Notes: a model not told the origin generated them from the sequence alone. DNA of 64,000 bases from an uncultured virus (IMG/VR IMGVR_UViG_3300044267_003392) (IMGVR_UViG_3300044267_003392); one strand, 5' to 3'; shown: positions 48,473 through 54,207, numbered from the stretch's first letter. A program made the numbers and translations.

Positions 48473-48520
48473 CCACTACATACTGTGGTCAGGGCATAAA
48501 AAAAGGGCTACATATAGTAG
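48473..48520. promoter_or_regulatory. Pair of NrdR-box-like 16-mers, 32 bp apart
   Basis: CCACTACATACTGTGG (48473-48488) and GGGCTACATATAGTAG (48505-48520), compared with consensus acaCwAtATaTwGtg. Confidence 0.45.
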
Positions 48521-48526
48521 CCCTTT
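48498..48526 (-). terminator. Rho-independent terminator
   Basis: Minus strand AAAGGGCTAC-TATAT-GTAGCCC-TTTTTTT, 20 nt after the stop of 48546..48842. Confidence 0.8.
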
Positions 48527-48545
48527 CTTCGAGAATTAGCTGAGA

Positions 48546-48842
48546 CTAACCAGCTAAACCTAGTCGCTTTAACAGATAGCCAACATCACCTTGCATATGA
48601 TGTAGCAACTGCATACGATTGTCTTTATCTTCTGCAATCCATTCAACAATAGAATTACATAATACACCACTAATCAACTTCCAATCCAAGCTATCCTTAC
48701 GAGGAACACTTGATATAATTGATTCGAGGTCGCCAACGCTTGCTTGGTCTTTAGCATACTCAACTACTTCCGTAAGTACAGGTGTAATATCCACACCCTT
48801 TACTGATTCTACTTTAACTACTTCTTTAGATTCATTAGTCAT
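48546..48842 (-). CDS. Hypothetical (probably early) protein
   Basis: 98 aa, AAAGGAG RBS, own terminator. Confidence 0.7.
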   Translation of the reverse strand: MTNESKEVVKVESVKGVDITPVLTEVVEYAKDQASVGDLESIISSVPRKDSLDWKLISGVLCNSIVEWIAEDKDNRMQLLHHMQGDVGYLLKRLGLAG

Positions 48843-48932
48843 TTCTAATTCTCCTTTGTTAACTAATTGATAATATAAAGCTATATCCTATAAACCACAT
48901 AATAGATACACCTATTATTAATGTTATAATAT

Positions 48933-49199
48933 TCATTGTGGATAACTCTTTCCGCTAATCTCAAATACAGTATTAGGATTGACATTAGCCCAACGTTGAA
49001 ACCCCTCTTTAGCTCTACTATTAATCTTAAATACTAATACATAGTTAGGGTGTTCAGTCACTTTCTTTTCTTGGGTAAATCTATATCCAAGTTTACCAAG
49101 TACACCTAGTTTGATGTGTCCTATTTGTCCGTTGTTCTTTCTCCACTTACAGCTAAAGAAACCACGTTTAACAATATCTTTAAATTGATTCTTAGTCAT
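48933..49199 (-). CDS. Hypothetical (probably early) protein, possible SH3/WYL-like beta-barrel
   Basis: 88 aa, AGAAAGAGAAAG RBS. F...W.K.NG...W..VN pattern; fold guess is weak. Confidence 0.6.
   Translation of the reverse strand: MTKNQFKDIVKRGFFSCKWRKNNGQIGHIKLGVLGKLGYRFTQEKKVTEHPNYVLVFKINSRAKEGFQRWANVNPNTVFEISGKSYPQ
48937..48945 (-). promoter_or_regulatory. DnaA box
   Basis: TGTGGATAA, overlapping the last codons of 48933..49199. Confidence 0.6.
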
Positions 49200-49404
49200 A
49201 TCTTTCTCTTTCTATTTATTAACCTACCACTATGCACATAAATAAGACAATAATAAGATGACAAATTGTCGCACCCGGGCAAATAACTGGTAGCGAGATG
49301 GCAGATGTGAATGGATGAAGATGGGAAGGAAGCGGGCGCCCGGTGTATAAACGTGGGAGCTTCAGCTACTAGTTGTGTTGGTTGTTAGGGAGCTTGGGAG
49401 TTTT

Positions 49405-49521
49405 AAGGGAAGAAGGCTTTAGGTATTCTTAGAAGTTTCCCCACTAACTCTAGGTTAGTGTTCACGACTTCCCTTTTTTGCGAGGGCTTACAGATATAAC
49501 TACCATGCCTCTTAGTTAACT
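49405..49521 (-). ncRNA. Candidate ~115-nt structured RNA
   Basis: Own promoter. Closing helix AAGAGGC..GGTA / TACC..GCCTTCTT, CCCT/AGGG hairpin, GAAGT/ACTTC plus CACTAAC/GTTAGTG hairpin. Confidence 0.5.
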
Positions 49522-49527
49522 ATTCTT

Positions 49528-49556
49528 ATTATACCACACCAAGGTCGGTCGTCCAA
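49528..49556 (-). promoter_or_regulatory. sigma70-type promoter
   Basis: TTGGAC-N17-TATAAT with TGn extension. Confidence 0.65.
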
Positions 49557-49574
49557 GGACATTAACAAATATCT

Positions 49575-49583
49575 TGTGGATAA
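49575..49583 (-). promoter_or_regulatory. DnaA box
   Basis: TGTGGATAA, 18 nt upstream of the -35 of the 49528-49556 promoter. Confidence 0.65.
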
Positions 49584-49797
49584 CCCAATTCTTATACTGT
49601 GCAGTACCAAACCATGTCTTTCTATTATAATATATCATAACTCAGCAGTTCCCCGGCGCGCCCGGTGTAGTTAGTCGACAACCAGCCAACATTATGCTGG
49701 TTGGTTGTTCCAGGAGTTTGGAGTTTGCAGCAGCTCCTGCTGCCTGGCAGCTACTGACCAGCAGTACCTGCATCTCCTGCTGCAGCTACGCAGCTGT

Positions 49798-49875
49798 TTA
49801 GTATATTAATATGTACCATGCCAAAAGGCAGAAAACCGCCAATTTTACAGGTATAAGTAGCATTAGTCAGTCCAT
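49798..49875 (-). pseudogene. Small membrane-peptide gene with a stop at codon 3, or a 21-aa restart product
   Basis: AGAAAGAGAGGT RBS then M-D-TGA-LMLLIPVKLAVFCLLAWYILIY*. Resembles 53380..53487. Confidence 0.4.
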
Positions 49876-50077
49876 ATTTACCTCTCTTTCTCATTCTATC
49901 TTCAGGTGTATCCCATCTGGAAGCGTCTGTCAACAGTCATGCTTCGAAAAATAATGGCGGAAAACCACGAAAAAACTTTTTAGGTTAACGGGATCGCGCC
50001 CGGGCTACAATGACACCATATCACCCCCACCTATAGGCGAGGGAGATATTCATCGGAGTTTGGGAGTTTGCCTACTT

Positions 50078-50290
50078 TCAGTTGCTAAACACCTCGTACA
50101 TCTTGTCCAATGTACTTCTGTTATCTGAATGTGCCTCATCGACTCTATCAGCATTTCGCTTCATTACAGGAACAACACTATCATAGTGCTGTGATATCTT
50201 TCGCAAGGTATCGTTTTGTTCTTCTAATGATTCGTTGATTCTATTTAACGCATCCACTATTGGATCGTATTTATCTTCTGGTAATACCAT
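50078..50290 (-). CDS. Small coiled-coil hypothetical (early) protein
   Basis: 70 aa, AAAGGAG RBS, consensus promoter upstream. Confidence 0.75.
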   Translation of the reverse strand: MVLPEDKYDPIVDALNRINESLEEQNDTLRKISQHYDSVVPVMKRNADRVDEAHSDNRSTLDKMYEVFSN

Positions 50291-50321
50291 GATAACTCCT
50301 TTGTTTCTAATTCTAAGTCCT

Positions 50322-50350
50322 ATTATAGCAGAAAGTTATCCACATGTCAA
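50322..50350 (-). promoter_or_regulatory. Perfect consensus sigma70 promoter with a DnaA box in its spacer
   Basis: TTGACA(50350-50345)-TGTGGATAACTTTCTGC-TATAAT(50327-50322). DnaA box at 50336-50344. Confidence 0.85.
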
Positions 50351-50410
50351 TGGCAGAAGTTACCATCCTGCTGCGCAGCTGGGCCCTGGTCAACTGATGG
50401 AAGACATCAA

Positions 50411-50863
50411 CTATATTTTTTGGCGGTTTTGTTGGAGTTTGGGAGTTTGCGAGCTTCGGACAGCTGCCAGAAGACCAGCGGGCGCCCGGGCTACTGGACC
50501 ATGCCACAAGGACCTTGGCCCTTGGGTGTATTTTTGACGGAGTTTGGGAGTTTCGGTGCCGTGAAAAACGTTTACGGTGCGTGAGTCTGGGTCGTATACC
50601 ATAATAAATACAGGTGCGCCAAGCATACCATGTTTGACATGCCATGCATTTTGTAAGGGTGAAATTAGTACCGTTTCGGTACCATTTTTATTACGTTTAA
50701 GCACCTTTAATTCAAGCGTAAAAAATCCTGTGTCTTTATGAAATACTACGCAATCTGGGAAACCTGGCGTAACGTAGGACTCAATACGAGACACAACAAA
50801 ATTACCATCGCTTAAACATGTCTTTAAACTCTTCCAAAAGTTTGTTTCCGTCTTTGCGGTCAT
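50411..50863 (-). CDS. PD-(D/E)XK nuclease (VRR-NUC / Holliday junction resolvase-like)
   Basis: E..F...K...RIES...PGFPD...FFTLELK...SPLQNAW. Confidence 0.75.
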   Translation of the reverse strand: MTAKTETNFWKSLKTCLSDGNFVVSRIESYVTPGFPDCVVFHKDTGFFTLELKVLKRNKNGTETVLISPLQNAWHVKHGMLGAPVFIMVYDPDSRTVNVFHGTETPKLRQKYTQGPRSLWHGPVARAPAGLLAAVRSSQTPKLQQNRQKI

Positions 50864-50871
50864 AACTTTTC

Positions 50872-51507
50872 TTACTCTTCTTGACTCTCTGATGATACTG
50901 GCGTGATGTCTTTAGGTCCTTCGCTATCGGATTTCTCTTCGACCGATAAGACTGTGTTGACTCCCTCTTTTTTGAATTCACCTGTTAATCCTAGCTCCTT
51001 TAATTGTCTTAGTACATCATCTCGAGACATGTCATCAATAGATCCTGTTCTAATTTCTTTTCTCTCAACATACAATCCTGCAGCTTGTCCTCGTAACCGT
51101 TCTGCATTTATAGCAGCACTGTGTGATTTGTCTTGTAATGCCTTCTCACGTAGTCTTGCTAATTCTGTCACATGTTTATTCATTTCTACCTTGTGTGTCT
51201 CGTACAATTCATTTCTTTTTTTGTTCACTATTTGTACCACTTTAGGATATTTCTTTACATTCAACAACTCAGAAGCTGTTGTTGCAGCACGTTCAGGTTT
51301 ATAGCCTGCTTGTCTTGCACATTCTGTTGGTGTTATTCTACCTTCGTTAGCAACATATATATCTACAAATATTCTTTGCCTATCTGTCAATCCATCAGCA
51401 CCTCTTGGGTGTTTTAATGCCATATCACGAGTATTACGGATGGTATTACCAACCACCTTCTCTTCAATCTTCTTTAACTTACTGTTATATATATCTTTTT
51501 CACTCAT
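50872..51507 (-). CDS. terS: Terminase small subunit
   Basis: LTDRQRIF...Y......TECARQAGY...A...ASELL HTH pattern, SAAINAE.LRG.A.GLY. Start reassigned to ATG 51507 (GGAG RBS). Confidence 0.75.
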   Translation of the reverse strand: MSEKDIYNSKLKKIEEKVVGNTIRNTRDMALKHPRGADGLTDRQRIFVDIYVANEGRITPTECARQAGYKPERAATTASELLNVKKYPKVVQIVNKKRNELYETHKVEMNKHVTELARLREKALQDKSHSAAINAERLRGQAAGLYVERKEIRTGSIDDMSRDDVLRQLKELGLTGEFKKEGVNTVLSVEEKSDSEGPKDITPVSSESQEE

Positions 51508-51920
51508 TTTAACTCCAAAATACAATAATTTGACTCTTTACCCATGAACTCGTAATACCTTCGTAATACCTGGTATCCCTTATCCCATATAGAGAATTGG
51601 CAAAAGGTATTACGGTATTGGCAAATCCCGGTAAATAAAAAAACAAAAAAACTTTTTAGCATCCAGCGCACAATACAATACCTATGGTAATACGACAATA
51701 CTTCTCTTCGAATATGGTATATCGTCAACATATCCGCGCTTTTTTAGTGCTTGCACGTATGCATGCACATTACTCTTTGACTTCATGTTATTCATTTGTT
51801 TTAACTCTTCGTACGATGGAGAATAGCCATTTGCCTCTATAAAATCCTTAATTTTAGCTAAAAAATTCATCTGTTTTGGTGTTAATCCTTTCTTATTACT
51901 CATAATACCTCGCCAATACC
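51431..51920. repeat. Cluster of GTAATAC / CAATAC motifs in both orientations
   Basis: GTATTAC at 51431, 51443, 51607; GTAATAC at 51552, 51563, 51687; CAATAC-type at 51615 (reverse), 51671, 51676, 51696, 51914. Confidence 0.6.
51682..51903 (-). CDS. Stand-alone LexA-type winged-helix DNA-binding domain
   Basis: LTPKQ..FL..I..FI..NGYSPSYEEL......KSKSNVH.....L.KRGY......KRSI. No peptidase domain. Confidence 0.8.
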   Translation of the reverse strand: MSNKKGLTPKQMNFLAKIKDFIEANGYSPSYEELKQMNNMKSKSNVHAYVQALKKRGYVDDIPYSKRSIVVLP

Positions 51921-52022
51921 TTATTTTTCCTTCTTAAACTTACGGCCTACAAAGAATACAATAAGATTTTGTATTGTATTCACAGTCACCATTAATAATA
52001 ACCAAAATTCCCATAACTCCAT
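51921..52022 (-). CDS. 33-aa membrane peptide (not in ORF track)
   Basis: MELWEFWLLLMVTVNTIQNLIVFFVGRKFKKEK*, TAATG coupling. Confidence 0.5.
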   Translation of the reverse strand: MELWEFWLLLMVTVNTIQNLIVFFVGRKFKKEK

Positions 52023-52417
52023 TACCTTTTTTCTTCTAATCCTTTTGCATCTGGGTGACTCCAATAGTCTTTCCTAACTGTATTTAACATTTCTTCTGCA
52101 CCCCACTCATCTATAGCTTCTTTTGTAATAGATCTTTCTAGTGTCTTTTGTATTTCTTTTTCCTCTTCTGTAAGTTGTATTCTTTTTGGCCCTTTCTTAC
52201 GCACATACGTGTTTATTTTTGCCCACGTAATTGTGTATTCAGATGCCTTTGGCCTTACATATCCTCTTGTAGGATCTAAACTTGGATACTCTGGTGTAGG
52301 ACTGGTGTCAAAATTATTAGTTATATATTCCAATACTTTATCATCACTTTCAAATTGCTTTACTATCTTCTCTACTATTACTTTGTCTTTCCATAAATTA
52401 ATCTCGTACGTCTGCAT
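52022..52417 (-). CDS. Hypothetical protein
   Basis: 131 aa, GAGGG RBS. Confidence 0.6.
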   Translation of the reverse strand: MQTYEINLWKDKVIVEKIVKQFESDDKVLEYITNNFDTSPTPEYPSLDPTRGYVRPKASEYTITWAKINTYVRKKGPKRIQLTEEEKEIQKTLERSITKEAIDEWGAEEMLNTVRKDYWSHPDAKGLEEKR

Positions 52418-52676
52418 GTGTTACCCTCAAATATTCTATCTTTTTTATCCATCCTTTTGGAATAGCAATAGCACCACCCCCATGGTTATCGTCCCGGTCC
52501 AAGCACCACGAACGCATGATCACTATCTTTTCATCATTATTAACTGTCATCCACCCAACCTCTTGGCATGTCGCTAAAGGTGCAGCCATAATATCTTTTA
52601 TATCAATCCACCCAGTCTCTGTGTCACGGGCATCCATCCACGTTACACGCACCATTGGCACATTGTTAATGTCCAT
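52398..52676 (-). CDS. Conserved small beta-rich phage protein
   Basis: V.VTW.DA....GW...C..VGW...IPKGWIKKI pattern. Confidence 0.65.
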   Translation of the reverse strand: MDINNVPMVRVTWMDARDTETGWIDIKDIMAAPLATCQEVGWMTVNNDEKIVIMRSWCLDRDDNHGGGAIAIPKGWIKKIEYLRVTHADVRD

Positions 52677-53129
52677 TTAACTAAGCTTAGTTATTTTTTC
52701 TATCCACTCACGTATCATAGGTTTACTATTATACATGGGTCTTTTAAGATCCTCTCGTTGCCCACTGCCATCTTTACTAACAAAGGATAACGTTCTAATC
52801 ATGGCATCTTCTTCATTCTTTGCACGAATCATGTAACTAAATGTTATCTCACGTTTCGTTGTAATTTGGTATGTATGCTTTTCTTCGCCTTTTTCTACAT
52901 GGAATGACTTCATGCCACCAATTGATGTACCTTCCACAGGCTGTGTAAATGTTACTGTAGGGTCAGTAGGATTTGATTCTGCTTCCGCCAACGCTACCTC
53001 AGCTCTTGCATCACGTATTTTTTGTCGTTCTTTTTGTATATGGTCCCATTCTTGTGGACGTTCTTTTATTATAGCATCACGTAATTCAGCATGCTTTTTT
53101 TCTTCCGGTGTATTTAATTTTTTCTTCAT
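52677..53129 (-). CDS. Hypothetical protein
   Basis: 150-aa ORF abutting neighbours. Confidence 0.6.
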   Translation of the reverse strand: MKKKLNTPEEKKHAELRDAIIKERPQEWDHIQKERQKIRDARAEVALAEAESNPTDPTVTFTQPVEGTSIGGMKSFHVEKGEEKHTYQITTKREITFSYMIRAKNEEDAMIRTLSFVSKDGSGQREDLKRPMYNSKPMIREWIEKITKLS

Positions 53130-53206
53130 AATAATCGCTCATTAAATAATAACATAAATATAACAACAACAATACAACCAAGCATTATTATAAGTTTTTC
53201 TTCCAT
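53126..53206 (-). CDS. 26-aa membrane peptide (not in ORF track)
   Basis: MEEKLIIMLGCIVVVIFMLLFNERLL*, coupled on both sides. Confidence 0.45.
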   Translation of the reverse strand: MEEKLIIMLGCIVVVIFMLLFNERLL

Positions 53207-53383
53207 TTAAAATCCTGGGTACTCTGGACAAGACGTGCCGTCCATTGATTCATAATAACCTACAGCATTATTTGCTGCACACATTTCTTCTTCGTTTTCT
53301 CTAAACATAGCATCATAAAATGCATCACGTGCACGTTTTAGTTCATCGTGCACACTAACCATTTTAATTATTGGACCACTCAT
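53207..53383 (-). CDS. 58-aa hypothetical protein (not in ORF track)
   Basis: MSGPIIKMVSVHDELKRARDAFYDAMF...SCPEYPGF*, ATGA coupling. Confidence 0.55.
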   Translation of the reverse strand: MSGPIIKMVSVHDELKRARDAFYDAMFRENEEEMCAANNAVGYYESMDGTSCPEYPGF

Positions 53384-53487
53384 AACCCTATCATGTATAA
53401 AAATATTTTATACACCCATATCAATAAATAAAAAGCAACATACAATTTTATAGGTATTAATAAAAACCAAAATAATGTCCAGGTCAT
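53380..53487 (-). CDS. 35-aa hydrophobic peptide (not in ORF track)
   Basis: MTWTLFWFLLIPIKLYVAFYLLIWVYKIFLYMIGL*, ATGA overlaps at both ends. Confidence 0.5.
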   Translation of the reverse strand: MTWTLFWFLLIPIKLYVAFYLLIWVYKIFLYMIGL

Positions 53488-53723
53488 GTGCGTATCGCTA
53501 TGTATTCATAATCAAAGTCAGCGTGTTTCTTTTGCACTAATAATAACAAACCATTATCTGCCATAGAATAAACTGTGCTGCCTAATTTTTTTACGCGATC
53601 ACGATCATTTGTTGGCGCTATTGGCTGTAGAAAAGGATCACATAAGTAACCGCGGTAATATGTTATCTTATCACCTTTGTTAGATTTATTTAACCAGGTG
53701 TGTATTGCTTTTTGACTCATCAT
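53484..53723 (-). CDS. Hypothetical protein (ITYYRG and LVQKK...YEYIA motifs)
   Basis: 79 aa, directly downstream of the structured RNA. Confidence 0.65.
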   Translation of the reverse strand: MMSQKAIHTWLNKSNKGDKITYYRGYLCDPFLQPIAPTNDRDRVKKLGSTVYSMADNGLLLLVQKKHADFDYEYIAIRT

Positions 53724-53737
53724 AATAATTTCTTTTT

Positions 53738-53922
53738 GAGTAGGGGGGTTCTTTGACTACCCCCAACCTTTTCCCGTCCAGTCAACATTTCCTATGCTAA
53801 CAAGTACTTCAGTACCAACCCTCACACCCTCAGTCATTCGACCATACCTTGTGAGAGCCGTGCCTTACAACCTGGAGACTGTTGTTCAGCCATACTCGGA
53901 GAATGTTGCACCATCCTCATTT
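53738..53922 (-). ncRNA. ~185-nt highly structured RNA (multi-helix junction)
   Basis: Own promoter. Seven or more helices with many G-U pairs on the minus strand. Long-range GAGUA(53897-53893)/UACUC(53742-53738) closing helix. Confidence 0.75.
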
Positions 53923-53928
53923 ACGTGT

Positions 53929-53957
53929 ATTATACCATTTTTACCAAAACATTACAA
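53929..53957 (-). promoter_or_regulatory. sigma70-type promoter for the structured RNA
   Basis: TTGTAA(53957-53952)-N17-TATAAT(53934-53929) with TGn extension. Confidence 0.75.
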
Positions 53958-54060
53958 GAACATTATTTCGCAGATTTCTGCGGCAAATCGTGTCAAGAAA
54001 AAACTTTACTTGTCACGCCTTGTAACATATAACTAAATTCTCAACTTCATTTCACCCAGT

Positions 54061-54095
54061 GGACTCTATACTGCTCATTCGAGCAGTGAGGGTCC
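54061..54095 (+). promoter_or_regulatory. Strong leader hairpin of the plus-strand cassette
   Basis: GGACTCT-at-ACTGCTC-attc-GAGCAGT-g-AGGGTCC. Confidence 0.6.
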
Positions 54096-54114
54096 CATTA
54101 ACAAAGAGAACAAT

Positions 54115-54207
54115 ATGGCAACAAGAATCAGAAATATCTGGTATAAATTTAAAAAATGGTTACACTACCACCCTGAAAAAACTTATTTCAGGGGACATCG
54201 TGATTAA
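54115..54207 (+). CDS. 30-aa peptide (not in ORF track)
   Basis: MATRIRNIWYKFKKWLHYHPEKTYFRGHRD*, AAAGAGA upstream. Confidence 0.55.
   Translation: MATRIRNIWYKFKKWLHYHPEKTYFRGHRD

Larger units (their letters stand above)
48455..49282 (+). repeat. 18-bp direct repeat ATTGTCRCACCCGGGCAA bracketing two small genes
   Basis: 48455-48472 and 49265-49282, 17/18 identical. Partial third copy TGTCCCGGGCAA near 48407-48418. Confidence 0.75.
49336..50553. repeat. Five bipartite elements GCGCCCGG-N(45-51)-GGAGTTTGGGAGTTT
   Basis: Left/right motif starts 49336/49389, 49658/49713, 49996/50055, 50381 (degenerate GGGCCCTGG)/50434, 50482/50539. Confidence 0.75.

Noticed and set aside
49455..49500. Hammerhead ribozyme core (CUGUAAG-stem-GAAG)
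   Set aside because: Does not match the CUGANGA/GAAA consensus, and helices I and III cannot be formed.
49591..49615. Mini-ORF MVWYCTV behind AGAAAG and a -10-like sequence
   Set aside because: Seven codons with no convincing -35. May be a gene remnant but cannot be supported.
49867..49869. TGA-to-Trp genetic code reassignment
   Set aside because: TGA is used as a normal stop throughout (many ATGA overlaps) and long genes translate intact with code 11.
49336..50553. CRISPR or TIGR-type array suggested by conserved motifs flanking unique ~45-nt cores
   Set aside because: Units are dispersed at irregular distances (about 100-385 bp) with genes between them. Repeats are short and bipartite, and no cas or Nop-domain gene is recognisable. 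Kept as an unexplained repeat.
49336..50553. Integron attC sites
   Set aside because: No RYYYAAC...GTTRRRY ends, the two conserved ends are not complementary, and no tyrosine recombinase is present.
53738..53897. tRNA or tmRNA gene
   Set aside because: No TTCRA T-loop, no anticodon arm, no CCA, only a 5-bp closing stem, and no tag ORF. Too long for tRNA and too short for tmRNA.
53853..53898. Group II intron domain V (GAGAGCCGTG on the plus strand)
   Set aside because: No complementary 3' arm of a domain V hairpin, no RT/maturase, and G-U pairs and the promoter place the RNA on the minus strand.
54059..54199. N-terminal 47 codons of the 54059..54442 ORF
   Set aside because: They overlap a strong hairpin and a better small ORF in another frame. 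GTG 54200 gives a clean hydrophobic N-terminus.
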